Below the pieces are notes generated by a model. That model did not search any database. It saw only the letters and a program-made list of their open reading frames with translations, and was not told the DNA's origin. Source: Candidatus Marinacidobacterium sp. (GTDB lineage Bacteria; Acidobacteriota; Vicinamibacteria; Marinacidobacterales; Marinacidobacteraceae). From it: 64,000 bases of DNA. Positions within the stretch are counted from its first letter, which is position 1. The number at the start of each line of letters is the position of its first letter. The DNA lies in NCBI GenBank assembly GCA_965262645.1, contig CBDHFO010000017.1:1784582-1848581 (forward strand), in the 5' to 3' direction. Shown here one piece after another: positions 1 to 9,082 of the stretch. The translations under genes were made by a program, and so were the position numbers.

Positions 1-12
1 TTCGGTAGCTGG

Positions 13-846
13 ATGGCCTGCAACAACGGTACGGGGCCATCTACCGTGCCCGCACCTCCCGCGGCGGAACCAGCTGCGTTACAAGAGGCTGCTGGGCCAT
101 CCACGACGATGGCGAGAGTTGCCGAAACGGCCGCGTTAACGGAGGACATCCCGCCGTGGCACGATTGCCTTCACGACGATGGCGGAAGCTGGCAAAGCGA
201 CGACGCCCGGCGGTGTGTGGCGATACAAAGTCTGAATACGGTTACTGGATGGCGGCGCACATGCGGACACAACACTGCGTATTTCTCCGTTCCTGATTAC
301 CAGTGCTGCGTCGACGATGGTCTTGGTCAGTGTGTTCCCGGGTCCGAACGGCCCTATTCGAGTCCACCTGAAGAAACGCCACCTCAAGAAACGGATCCTG
401 AAATAACGGAGCCGGAAGAAACAGAACCTGAGGGCGAGACGGGCCCCAAGGTATGGATCTACGGCACGAGCCCCTCAAAAGAAACGGAGCTGTGTGAAGG
501 CGACTACATTCACGTGGTCGGTATCCGCAGGTCCGAATCCGTGGGCGAACTTCGAGGATCCATGTACTTGGAGGATCCAGAAATGGAAGAGAGAGTGCTT
601 GAGTATTCGCCCATAACAGGGCCATTCCGTCTTGCAGATGGCGAGGATTCGATTACGACCTACGAACTGGACGAAAAGAGAATCGGCCGATGCCCTGACT
701 GCGGAGAGAAAAGGAATGTCGTCCTGGGAATCGACGACCTGATCTACACCGAAGACGATAGCGGCGACCCTGAGAGCTATCGGATCGGCGACGCTTTCGT
801 GTTTCAGGTCCGAAAGACGACGGACGAACTGTGTCTGCCCCAGTGA
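13..846 (+). CDS. hypothetical protein with Cys-containing ends and an acidic Pro/Glu/Thr-rich linker
   Basis: Only long sense-looking ORF here. ATG at 13. Linker PPEETPPQETDPEITEPEETEPEGETGPK. Visibly lower G+C than neighbours. No recognisable family motif. Confidence 0.4.
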   Translation: MACNNGTGPSTVPAPPAAEPAALQEAAGPSTTMARVAETAALTEDIPPWHDCLHDDGGSWQSDDARRCVAIQSLNTVTGWRRTCGHNTAYFSVPDYQCCVDDGLGQCVPGSERPYSSPPEETPPQETDPEITEPEETEPEGETGPKVWIYGTSPSKETELCEGDYIHVVGIRRSESVGELRGSMYLEDPEMEERVLEYSPITGPFRLADGEDSITTYELDEKRIGRCPDCGEKRNVVLGIDDLIYTEDDSGDPESYRIGDAFVFQVRKTTDELCLPQ

Positions 847-850
847 CGGG

Positions 851-2296
851 TCATTCCGCGCTGTCGTCGAAGGCGGCCAGGATCGCCCCCACCGTGGCGT
901 TCAGGTACTCGTCGAATCCGCCGGGGCTCGGGCCGAGCCGAACCACCACGATGTCCCGCGACGGGATCACCATGGTGATCTGGCCCATGTGGCCCGCCGC
1001 CCAGTAGGCATCGCTCGGGATGTCCGCGTGCCGCCCGCCGAGGTTCAGCCACCAAAGACCGCCGTATTCCCCGTTCTTTGCTCCCGGGGAGAGGCTGCTC
1101 ACGAACTCCGACCAGCCCTCGGGGAGGATGCGGTCGCCCTCGAAGACGCCGTCCCAGAGGTGGAGGAGCCCGAAACGCATCCAGTCGGCGGCGCTGCCGT
1201 ACTCGTAGCCGCTCAGGATGAAGTTGCCCCAGGGATCCGGTTCCAGCACGAAGTCGCGGGAACCGATCCGGTCGAACAGCATCCGCTGCGGGTGGGTGAG
1301 GTACTCCTTGCCGGCGTTTTCCACCGTCTCCCGCACGATCCGACCGAGCGTCAGCGGATCCGAGTTCCGGTAGCGGAATTCGGTCCCCGGCGGGATGCCG
1401 TAGGGCTGCCCCGACGCGTGTTCGAAGACGTTGAGCGAGTCGAAGTAGACCCGCATGTGCTCGTTTTCGGGAACGAGGGATGACGGCCCGTCGAATCCCG
1501 TGTTCGTCATGTCGAGCCCGCTGCTCATGGTCAGCAGATGCCGCATCAGGATGACCCCGCGCGGATCGCCCTCCTCGCGCCACTCGGCCACCGGCGCCGG
1601 GTCATCGAGTCCGAAGTGCCCCTTCTGCATGAGCACGCCGATCAGGGTCGCGGTGACGCTCTTGCCTTCCGACCAACTGATCTGGGGGGTGTTTCGGGTG
1701 AAGCCGGGCGCGTAACGCTCGCCCACGATCTTTCCACGGCGGACCACCGCGAGGGCCCGGGTGTTCTGCTCGGTGCCCATGGCGGCATCGAGCGCCGCGT
1801 CGAGCGCCGCCCGGTCCACGTCGGCCTGGTCCAGTTCTTCGGCTCCCACGTCCCCGAGCGGCCAGTCCTGTTGGTCTGCTGGCGGCTGGTTCCGGGGGAC
1901 CGGGACCGGCGTGAACCGCACCGAGTCGGCGCCGTCCTCAAGCATTGTGCACCCTTGGTCCCCGTGGTACTTCGCGGTGCGCGGCGCCACGTCGGCCGCC
2001 CACACCGTGGCGCTCTTCGCCTCCATGTCCACTTCCCACTCGAAGTCGTCCTGCCAGGCCCAGTCGTCGAAGGGACGGATGTCGTCGGCCAACACCGTCT
2101 CCGGTGAACGCTCGGTCACCCTCCCAACGACGAATACCCCGGAGCAGAGGTGGTGGGCGCCGATCCCGGCGGCGTACTTCCGGAAGCGGCCGTCATCGGC
2201 CTCCTCCGCGGGTTCGTCCCCGCCGCCGCATCCGGCAAGGAGCGCAAGCGCAACCCCCAGTCCCAGAAAAAAGCGCAAGTTCCGTGGTTCCGTCAT
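851..2296 (-). CDS. beta-lactamase-related serine hydrolase, lipoprotein (copy 1 of tandem pair)
   Basis: 481 aa. Lipobox LALLAGCGG. SxxK-type motif in ISWSEGKSVTATLIGVL. Overall class-C beta-lactamase / 6-aminohexanoate-dimer-hydrolase-like sequence. Confidence 0.8.
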   Translation of the reverse strand: MTEPRNLRFFLGLGVALALLAGCGGGDEPAEEADDGRFRKYAAGIGAHHLCSGVFVVGRVTERSPETVLADDIRPFDDWAWQDDFEWEVDMEAKSATVWAADVAPRTAKYHGDQGCTMLEDGADSVRFTPVPVPRNQPPADQQDWPLGDVGAEELDQADVDRAALDAALDAAMGTEQNTRALAVVRRGKIVGERYAPGFTRNTPQISWSEGKSVTATLIGVLMQKGHFGLDDPAPVAEWREEGDPRGVILMRHLLTMSSGLDMTNTGFDGPSSLVPENEHMRVYFDSLNVFEHASGQPYGIPPGTEFRYRNSDPLTLGRIVRETVENAGKEYLTHPQRMLFDRIGSRDFVLEPDPWGNFILSGYEYGSAADWMRFGLLHLWDGVFEGDRILPEGWSEFVSSLSPGAKNGEYGGLWWLNLGGRHADIPSDAYWAAGHMGQITMVIPSRDIVVVRLGPSPGGFDEYLNATVGAILAAFDDSAE

Positions 2297-2323
2297 CGGG
2301 CGTCCCTCCCGCGGAATTCGATT

Positions 2324-3769
2324 CTACGGGAACCGGTCGAAGGCGGCCAGAATCGCGGAAACGGTGGCGTTCAGGTAGTCGCCGAAGCCTCCGGGGCTTG
2401 GCCCGAGCCGCACCACCACCACGTCCCGCGACGGGATGACCATGGTGGTTTGCCCCATGAATCCCGAGGCCCAGTAGGCGTCGGTCGGGATATCCGGGTA
2501 GCGCCCGCCGAGGTTCAGCCACCAGAGTCCGCCGTACTCGCCCTCCTTCGCTCCCGGCGAGGGGCTGCTCACGAACTCCGACCAGCCTTCGGGCAGGATG
2601 CGGTCGCCCTCGAAGACGCCGTCCCAGAGGTGCAGGAGCCCGAAGCGCATCCAGTCGGCGGCGCTTCCGTACTCGTAGCCGCTCAGGATGAAGTTGCCCC
2701 AGGGGTCGGGCTCGAGCACGAAGTCGCGGGATCCGATGCGGTCGAAGAGCATCCGCTGCGGGTGGGTGAGGTATTCCTTGCCGCCCGTCTCGACGGTCTC
2801 CCGGACGATCCGCCCGAGAGTGAGCGGGTCGGAGTTCCGGTAGCGGAACTCGGTGCCCGGCGGGATGCCGTAGGGCTGCCCCGAAGCGTGCTCGAAGACG
2901 TTGAGCGCGTCGAAATAGACCCGCATGTGCTCGTTCTCGGGGACGAGCGATTCGGGGCCGTTGAGGCCCAGCATCGTCATGTCGAGCCCGCTGCTCATGG
3001 TGAGCAGGTGCCGCATCAGGATCACGCCGCGAGGATCGCCCTCCTCGCGCCATTCGGCCACCGGCGCCGGGTCATCGAGGCCGAAGTGGCCCTTTTGCAT
3101 CAGCACGCCGATCAGGGTTGCGGTGACGCTCTTGCCCTCCGACCAACTGATCTGCGGCGTGTTCCGCGTGAAGCCGGGTGCGTAGCGCTCGCCCACGATC
3201 TTCCCGTGGCGGACCACCGCGAGGGCCCGGGTGTTCTGCTCCTCGGTCCCGATGGCGGCGTCGAGCGCCGCGTCGAGCGCGGCCCGATCCACGCCCGTCT
3301 GATCGGGCTCCTCAGCGCCGATGTCGCCGAGCGGCCAGTCCTGCTCGTCCGCCGGGGGCTGGTCCCGGGGCACCGGGACCGGTGTGAAACGCACGGAATC
3401 GGCGCCGTCTTCCAGGAGAGTGCACCCCTGGTCCCCGTGGTACTTCGCGGTCCGCGGGGCCACGTCGGCCGCCCAGACGGTGGCGCTCATTGCCTCCGTG
3501 TCCACTTCCCACTCGAAGTCGTCCTGCCAGGCGAAACCGACGAAGGGCGCGATGTCCTCGGCGAGCACCGTCTCCGGCGACCGCTCGGTGACCCGTCCGA
3601 CGACGAAGGTGCCGGAACAGAGATGGTGCGCCGCGATCCCGGCGGCGTATTTCCGGAAGCGGCTGTCATCCGCCTCTTCCGCTGGTTCGCTTCCGCCTCC
3701 GCAGGCGGCGAGGATCGCGAGCGCGACCGCCAGTCCCAAAAAACTGCACCAGTTCCGTCGTTCCTTCAT
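2324..3769 (-). CDS. beta-lactamase-related serine hydrolase, lipoprotein (copy 2 of tandem pair)
   Basis: Internal ATG at 3769 (MKERRNWCSFLGLAVALAILAACGG) of the 816-aa track ORF gives 481 aa, co-linear and highly similar to 851-2296. The longer ORF upstream of it is Arg/Pro-rich read-through. Confidence 0.8.
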   Translation of the reverse strand: MKERRNWCSFLGLAVALAILAACGGGSEPAEEADDSRFRKYAAGIAAHHLCSGTFVVGRVTERSPETVLAEDIAPFVGFAWQDDFEWEVDTEAMSATVWAADVAPRTAKYHGDQGCTLLEDGADSVRFTPVPVPRDQPPADEQDWPLGDIGAEEPDQTGVDRAALDAALDAAIGTEEQNTRALAVVRHGKIVGERYAPGFTRNTPQISWSEGKSVTATLIGVLMQKGHFGLDDPAPVAEWREEGDPRGVILMRHLLTMSSGLDMTMLGLNGPESLVPENEHMRVYFDALNVFEHASGQPYGIPPGTEFRYRNSDPLTLGRIVRETVETGGKEYLTHPQRMLFDRIGSRDFVLEPDPWGNFILSGYEYGSAADWMRFGLLHLWDGVFEGDRILPEGWSEFVSSPSPGAKEGEYGGLWWLNLGGRYPDIPTDAYWASGFMGQTTMVIPSRDVVVVRLGPSPGGFGDYLNATVSAILAAFDRFP

Positions 3770-3837
3770 CGGGCGTCCCTCCCGTTCGGATCCGATTCTA
3801 CGGGAACGGAGCGGCTCACCCCGGAACGTGTCCGAGT

Positions 3838-5790
3838 TCAGCCGCCGAAGGCTTCCATCCGGGCCAGCGCTTCGGCGATCTGATCTTCCGACTGGAGCAT
3901 CGAAACCCTCGCGTAGCGGTCCCAGCGCTTCCCGAACGCGGTCCCCGGGAACATGAGGACCCGCGCCTCGGTGAGGAGGCGGCGGCAGAAGGATTCTGCT
4001 GAAAGGCCGAAGCGGGAAATGTCGGCCCAGACGAAGAAGCCGCCCCCGTGCGCGGCGGTCGGGATGCCGAGCCGGGCGAGCCCGTCGAGGAGCAGGCGCC
4101 GCCGCGGGGCGTAGATTTCCCGGAGCCGGGCGGGGAACGCTTCGCCCCCGGCCAGCGCCGCCGCTGCCGCTCGCTGCGAAAACAGCGGGCTCGGGCCGGA
4201 GAGCGCCGCCTTCGCGCGGGCGCAGGCGGCGATGGCGTCCGCCGGCCCGGTCAGGTAGCCGATCCGGAAGCCGGTCATCGCGTAGCTCTTGGAGACGCTT
4301 CCCATCGTCAGCGTCCGGTTGCGCATGCCGGGCAGCGTGGACGGCGACAGGACCGGTCCCTCCCCGTCGAGCGCCATGTCGGCGTAGACCTCGTCGGACA
4401 GCACCCAGAGGTGGTGGCGGTCCGCGATCCGGCAGAGGTCCTCGACCTCCCCGGCGCGGGTCCGGGCGCCGGTCGGGTTGGAGAAGTTCACGATGGCGAG
4501 CAGCCGGGGTCGCTCGGTCCGGCGGAGTGCTTCCTCGGTCGCGCCGGCGCGCATCCCGAAGTCTTCGTGTCCGTCCCCGTTCCTCCCGCCGCAGTTTCCG
4601 CCGCAGGGGACGGGGACCATGCGTCCCCGCGCGAGCGCGATGGCCTGTTCGTAGGAGGTGTAGCGGGGATCGGCCAGCAGCACCTCCTCGCGCTCGCCGA
4701 CCAGGGCGAGCATGGCGAGGGCGATGCCCTCCTGGGCGCCGCCGGTGACCAGGGTTTCGGTGTCCGGGTCCCAACGGACACCCGTCCGGGCCTCCTCGCG
4801 CTCGACGATCCGTTCGCGGAGCCAGCGTTGTCCGAGGGGGTCGAGCGGTTCGGTCTCGCCGATTCGGGCGCAGGCAGCCTCCAGAACCGACTCCGGGGCG
4901 TCGGCGTCGGGATCGCCCCGCCCGAGGCTCACGACTCCGTCGAGACTCGCGGCCAGTTCCATCAGCGAATAGCGCGAATCGTCCTTCCCGGGCTTGGCCA
5001 GCACGGGGCGCGGGCGCGGCTTTGCCGGCGCGGCCCCGAGCAGCAGCGCCGCGGTGCGCTGCGAGGGCGCGGCGGTGCAGATCGAGACCGCCTGTTTCAG
5101 GCTCCGCAGCCGGCCGAGCAACCGGGGCGGCGCCCGGAAGAAGCCCACCCGGAACGGCGCGAGTTCGGGCAGGCCGTCGAGCGAACCGACGAGCACCGCG
5201 TCTTCGCCAACTCCGGCGAGAAAGGACGCTTCCGCGTCGTCGCGGCCGAGCAACCGGTCCCCGCAGTCCACGATTTCAATCGGCGCGCCGCTACCTGCCT
5301 CCTCCGGCGTTGACACCCGGGCGACCGTGCCTTCGGTGGTCGGAGCGCCGCCAGTTCTCCCGGTGGGGGCCTCCAGACCGGCATCGCCAGCCGCAGGCTG
5401 GCGACAATCCACAAACAGATCGAGCAGCGCGCAGGCGGCGCGCACTCCGGGGTCCAGGTGGGTCGCCGGGGACAGGACCACAGTGGCGGGGGCGTCACCG
5501 CCCTCCGCCCGCGCCCCGGCGAGCGCGACAAAGAGCGCCTCCTGCCGCCCGGCGGTCACGACGACGGTGCCTCCGGCCGGCGCTCCGGCGGCCTCGATCC
5601 GCTGGGCAATGGCATCCTGCAATTCCGGAAGACCCGGGCGCGGCGTGTAGTGCGTCTCCCCGCCGAGCAGCGCGGATCGGAGCGCGGCGGCGTGCTCCGG
5701 AGCGAGTGCGGCCCCGGGGTCGGGGAGAGCCCGCCCCTCGCCCAGCGCGTGCGCCCGGTCGGAAACCGGAATGGGACAGAAGTGGGTCAT
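3838..5790 (-). CDS. class I/II PLP aminotransferase with an N-terminal degenerate aminotransferase-like half
   Basis: 650 aa. The C-terminal half has NFSNPTG and the PLP-lysine motif SVSKSYAMTGFRIGY. The N-terminal half repeats the fold signature (YTPRPGLPELQDAIA, VVVTAGRQEAL) but has VGSLDGL...FRVGFF where the lysine motif should be. Confidence 0.8.
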   Translation of the reverse strand: MTHFCPIPVSDRAHALGEGRALPDPGAALAPEHAAALRSALLGGETHYTPRPGLPELQDAIAQRIEAAGAPAGGTVVVTAGRQEALFVALAGARAEGGDAPATVVLSPATHLDPGVRAACALLDLFVDCRQPAAGDAGLEAPTGRTGGAPTTEGTVARVSTPEEAGSGAPIEIVDCGDRLLGRDDAEASFLAGVGEDAVLVGSLDGLPELAPFRVGFFRAPPRLLGRLRSLKQAVSICTAAPSQRTAALLLGAAPAKPRPRPVLAKPGKDDSRYSLMELAASLDGVVSLGRGDPDADAPESVLEAACARIGETEPLDPLGQRWLRERIVEREEARTGVRWDPDTETLVTGGAQEGIALAMLALVGEREEVLLADPRYTSYEQAIALARGRMVPVPCGGNCGGRNGDGHEDFGMRAGATEEALRRTERPRLLAIVNFSNPTGARTRAGEVEDLCRIADRHHLWVLSDEVYADMALDGEGPVLSPSTLPGMRNRTLTMGSVSKSYAMTGFRIGYLTGPADAIAACARAKAALSGPSPLFSQRAAAAALAGGEAFPARLREIYAPRRRLLLDGLARLGIPTAAHGGGFFVWADISRFGLSAESFCRRLLTEARVLMFPGTAFGKRWDRYARVSMLQSEDQIAEALARMEAFGG

Positions 5791-5840
5791 TCGCTAGTAG
5801 CCTGTGGATAAAGTGGCGTGAGCGCCGAGATCGGTGAGGC

Positions 5841-6032
5841 CCAGTTCTCCCGGTGGGGCCAGTTCTCCCGGTGGGGGCCCGGCTGACCCAGTTCTCCCGG
5901 TGGGGGCGGCGCGTGAGGGAGGAATACCTGGTGTATTTCGACCGAAACGCAACGATGAGCGGAACGAAGTGAAGCGGTTCAGGCGGGATGCATCGCCGGT
6001 CGAGCCCCCACCGGGAGAACTGGGCCGCGCCA
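5841..6032. repeat. three direct copies plus one inverted copy of the motif CCAGTTCTCCCGGTGGGGG in an intergenic region
   Basis: Copies read at 5841-5858, 5859-5877 and 5888-5906. Inverted copy CCCCCACCGGGAGAACTGG at 6014-6032. The same motif recurs near 11130, 22480, 48655 and 55507. Confidence 0.8.
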
Positions 6033-6038
6033 CTTTGT

Positions 6039-6848
6039 TCACAGGCTGCTAAGTTCCTCCCACGCCTCGCCGGGAAGCGGAAGGCCCCGGCCACGGACCA
6101 TGTCCGCCACCCGGTCGGCTTCGAACCGGTGCCCGTTCGGCGCCCTGTCCCCGGCGCCGGGGAGGAGGGCGAAGGCCGCGAACGCGGGACCGAGCGCCTC
6201 CGAGGATCCCCAGATCCGTTCGCCTGCGGGAAGGGCGGCTTCCTCGGCGCGGGAAAGCCCGGTGGGTTTGATGCGCCGCGCGCCGGGGGTGATCGTGTTC
6301 GCAACGATTCCGATGTCTCCGCACTCTTCGGCGAGCGCCTTGGCGAGGCCCTCGATCCCGAACTTGGTGGCGCAGTAGGCGCTCTCCTGGGGAAAGCCCA
6401 TGATGGCCGCCCGCGAGCTGGTGAGCAGGATGGAACCGCCGCTCCCCGCCCCGAGTTCGGGCATGAGTTCCCGAACGAGCAGGAATGCCGAACGCAGATT
6501 CACGGCCAGCATCTCGTCCCACTGCGCGTCCGTCGTCTCCTCTACGGATCGCAAGTGAAGCACCGCGGCGCAGTGGACGAGCGAGGTGAGGTCTCCCCGG
6601 GCAACCGCCCTTGCGCGTGCCGCCGCGTCGAGCGTGCTTTCCCGGTCAGAGAGGTCGCAGACCAGCGCGTGGAAGGGACCGGGCCCGCGGTCCGCCGCTG
6701 TCTCGACCGTCGCCTGGAGTTCTTCCCGCGAGCGGTCCAGCAGAATGCACTCCGCGCCCGCTTCGGCGAGCCCCAAGGCTGCCGAGGCGCCGAGCCCACG
6801 CGCGGCTCCGGTGACGAGGACCCGATGCCCCAGGAGTTGTTCGCCCAT
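6039..6848 (-). CDS. short-chain dehydrogenase/reductase (SDR) family oxidoreductase
   Basis: MGEQLLGHRVLVTGAARGLG (TGxxxGxG Rossmann motif) and YCATK (YxxxK active site). The ATG at 6848 shares one nucleotide with the upstream gene's TGA (TGATG). Confidence 0.85.
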   Translation of the reverse strand: MGEQLLGHRVLVTGAARGLGASAALGLAEAGAECILLDRSREELQATVETAADRGPGPFHALVCDLSDRESTLDAAARARAVARGDLTSLVHCAAVLHLRSVEETTDAQWDEMLAVNLRSAFLLVRELMPELGAGSGGSILLTSSRAAIMGFPQESAYCATKFGIEGLAKALAEECGDIGIVANTITPGARRIKPTGLSRAEEAALPAGERIWGSSEALGPAFAAFALLPGAGDRAPNGHRFEADRVADMVRGRGLPLPGEAWEELSSL

Positions 6849-8002
6849 CAGCCCGGCAGCACCCCCCGTAGGAGGTAGGCCGTGCCAAACCCCAGGTAGT
6901 TGCCGAATCCGTAGCCAAAGATCCCCATGATCACCGCGGGCGCGATCCGGTGTTTCCACTTGAGCGCCATCCCGAGCGCGAGCGCCGATCCGGGGCCACC
7001 CACCGCGGCTTGGCTGGCCAGCGTCAAGGTCGCCAGATCGAACCGCGCGAGCCACCCGATCCCGTAGACGACCACCGCGTGGATCAGGATGATGAGGATC
7101 ATGTAGAAGAAGAGCCAGGGTCCCGCCGCCACCACCTCGCGCACATCGGAGCCGGCGCCGATGACGATGAAGAAGAGGTGGAGGGCGAAGTAGGAGAGCA
7201 TCGCGGAGCCGCTGAGCCGCTGGATCGCCGGGATCTGCCCGAGAATCAGCGCGATCGTCGTGAGCCAGAGGACTTCCGGCACGCCGGGGAGGATCTGGGC
7301 GAAGAGCCCCGCCGCCGCCAGGGCGAGCAGCGGGATCGCCGCGAGGATCGCCAGATGGGTGATCGAAAGCGAGCCCTCGGTCCAGGTGCGGCGGAGCGCG
7401 TCGGTGTCCACCTCGGAGTCGTCGCCCGCGTCGTCGGCCGCATTCGGCAGTGCCCGCCGGAGGAAGACCCCGGCGAGCGCCGAAGCGAGCGCGACCTGGC
7501 CGAGCATCCAGGGCACCGTCGAAAGGTTGTCCACCACGAAGGCCCCCGCGAAGAGGCTGGGGGTCATCTCGAGCCCCTGGCCGACCGCGGCGAAGTTGAG
7601 CCCCCCGCCCCAAAACGCTCCGGCGAAGGTTCCGCCGAGCTTCCAGGTTTCCGGGCCCAGCAGCCCGGCGAAGAGCAGGCTGGAGACGAAGGCCCCCACG
7701 AACGTGCCGAACCCCGCGAGTCCGAAACCCACCACCATGCGGGGACCGGCGGCCTTCAGGTCGGCGAGCCGGGTCGAGAGCACGAACAGCACGATCGCGT
7801 AGGGGATCGCGTACCGCGAGAGCGAACTCATGAACTCGCCGCCGCGCGGAATGAGCCCGATATTGGCGAGCAGGATGCCGAGCAGGGTGCAGACGACCGC
7901 GGAGCTGATCTTCTGGATCGCGGAGTAGCGCTCCTCCGCCTGCCGCGCCGCGGCAATGATCAGCAGCAGGAAGGCGAGCAGCAGGAGTGGCTGGGCGATC
8001 AC
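6848..8002 (-). CDS. polytopic membrane protein, DUF819-like
   Basis: 384 aa, hydrophobic throughout with about 10-12 predicted TM segments. Sequence style recalled as DUF819. Tightly packed in the operon. Confidence 0.6.
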   Translation of the reverse strand: MIAQPLLLLAFLLLIIAAARQAEERYSAIQKISSAVVCTLLGILLANIGLIPRGGEFMSSLSRYAIPYAIVLFVLSTRLADLKAAGPRMVVGFGLAGFGTFVGAFVSSLLFAGLLGPETWKLGGTFAGAFWGGGLNFAAVGQGLEMTPSLFAGAFVVDNLSTVPWMLGQVALASALAGVFLRRALPNAADDAGDDSEVDTDALRRTWTEGSLSITHLAILAAIPLLALAAAGLFAQILPGVPEVLWLTTIALILGQIPAIQRLSGSAMLSYFALHLFFIVIGAGSDVREVVAAGPWLFFYMILIILIHAVVVYGIGWLARFDLATLTLASQAAVGGPGSALALGMALKWKHRIAPAVIMGIFGYGFGNYLGFGTAYLLRGVLPG

Positions 8003-9057
8003 GGAACGCTCCCCGCTTCACGCGGCTTTGGCTTCCGCTGTTGGGGGGGTTCGACCTCCACGAATTTCGCGTCGCCGCAGAAGAGGGCCCAGTCACCGGC
8101 CGTTGTCGAAGGATGGGTGCGGAAACCGAAGAGCACGCCGTCACAGGGCGCGTTCAGATCCTCGATCGGATTGCCGAGCAGGTCATGGATCCGGAGCAGA
8201 GTCTGCCCGGCGCGGATGGGTTGCTTCAGGTGATCCCCCGCCTGCCCGGCCGCCGGGCTCAGGATCCCGCTCGCACTCGCCCGTACCACGCTCTGACGAC
8301 CCCGCCAGAGGCGCGGCGCGTAGCGGGCTTCGCCTTCCAGCATGCCGTAGTGGCGGCAGACGTTGCCGATGGCGCGTTTCAGGATGTCCACGTTGGCGCG
8401 GAACTGGTTCGGCATGGTTCCGGCGCCGCCGCCGAGCTCCACCGTGATCGCGGGTTTGCCCGCGGGAGTCATCGCGGCCATCGGGGAACCCGCCGGGTGC
8501 GGGGTATCCAGCACGATGGTCCAGTCCGGCCCCATCGCCTGGGCGAGTTCAAGCCCCAACGGGTCTTCCGAGGTGGTGAAGATCGCTTCGCCGAGGTAGC
8601 AAATGGTGCCGCCGGAATGGAAGGTGATCTCGATGTCGGCGACGGCGGCGGCGGTTTCGGCATGGGTCGCGGCGATCCGGTCGGTGAGGTATCCCGTCGC
8701 GTTTCCGGGGTAGATCCGGTTCATGTCGTGGGAATGGGTGTCGCGGGGGTTGCCGCGGGCCATGGCCTCGAACGCCCCCACGTTCATCAGCGGAACCGCG
8801 ACCACCGCGCCGGTGAGGGCGTTCGGATCCAGCTCCCGGACGAACTCGGCGACCGCGAGCGTCCCCTCCTGTTCGTCACCGTGGATGCCGCCGTCAATCA
8901 GTAGCACCGGCCCGGGTCGGGCGCCGTTCGCGATCAGCACCGGGAACCCGAGCGGGGTCCCGTCCACCCGCTGGACGGCCGGAACGAAGCCGGTAGCGCG
9001 GCCACCGGGGGCGCAGCGAACCGGCCCGACCGAGATGTCCTGATCTTGTTTCGTCAT
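7999..9057 (-). CDS. succinylglutamate desuccinylase/aspartoacylase (AstE/AspA, M14-like) family zinc hydrolase
   Basis: GGIHGDEQEG zinc-binding motif. Start chosen at MTKQDQ (9057); the track ORF extends to 9102. 4-nt overlap with the downstream gene. Confidence 0.7.
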   Translation of the reverse strand: MTKQDQDISVGPVRCAPGGRATGFVPAVQRVDGTPLGFPVLIANGARPGPVLLIDGGIHGDEQEGTLAVAEFVRELDPNALTGAVVAVPLMNVGAFEAMARGNPRDTHSHDMNRIYPGNATGYLTDRIAATHAETAAAVADIEITFHSGGTICYLGEAIFTTSEDPLGLELAQAMGPDWTIVLDTPHPAGSPMAAMTPAGKPAITVELGGGAGTMPNQFRANVDILKRAIGNVCRHYGMLEGEARYAPRLWRGRQSVVRASASGILSPAAGQAGDHLKQPIRAGQTLLRIHDLLGNPIEDLNAPCDGVLFGFRTHPSTTAGDWALFCGDAKFVEVEPPQQRKPKPREAGSVP

Positions 9058-9082
9058 GTTGGGGTTGCTTTCCTTCCTGTTT

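Noticed and set aside
2150-3883. Long plus-strand ORF (577 aa) antisense to the serine-hydrolase paralogue. Similar shadow ORFs occur at 14774-17896, 18464-21085, 32621-35098, 38087-40840, 42016-43947, 46459-48624, 50818-52407 and 55841-57487.
   Set aside because: The translations are Arg/Pro/Gly/His-rich and low-complexity, as expected for the antisense frame of G+C-rich genes. In each case the opposite strand carries a protein with clear family motifs.
2324-4774. 816-aa ORF that appears to fuse the aminotransferase region to the hydrolase.
   Set aside because: The N-terminal 335 residues are Arg/Pro/Gly-rich out-of-frame read-through of the aminotransferase gene. An internal ATG at 3769 with a lipoprotein signal gives a protein the same length as its paralogue.
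5841-5906. Possible CRISPR array.
   Set aside because: There are only three short repeats, two of them abutting. There are no regular unique spacers and no cas genes. The motif is part of the dispersed REP-like family.
6039-8144. 701-aa ORF spanning the SDR and the DUF819-like gene.
   Set aside because: The upstream two-thirds is Arg/Pro/Gly-rich sequence in the wrong frame of the membrane-protein gene. The SDR starts at the ATG at 6848, directly before its TGxxxGxG motif.
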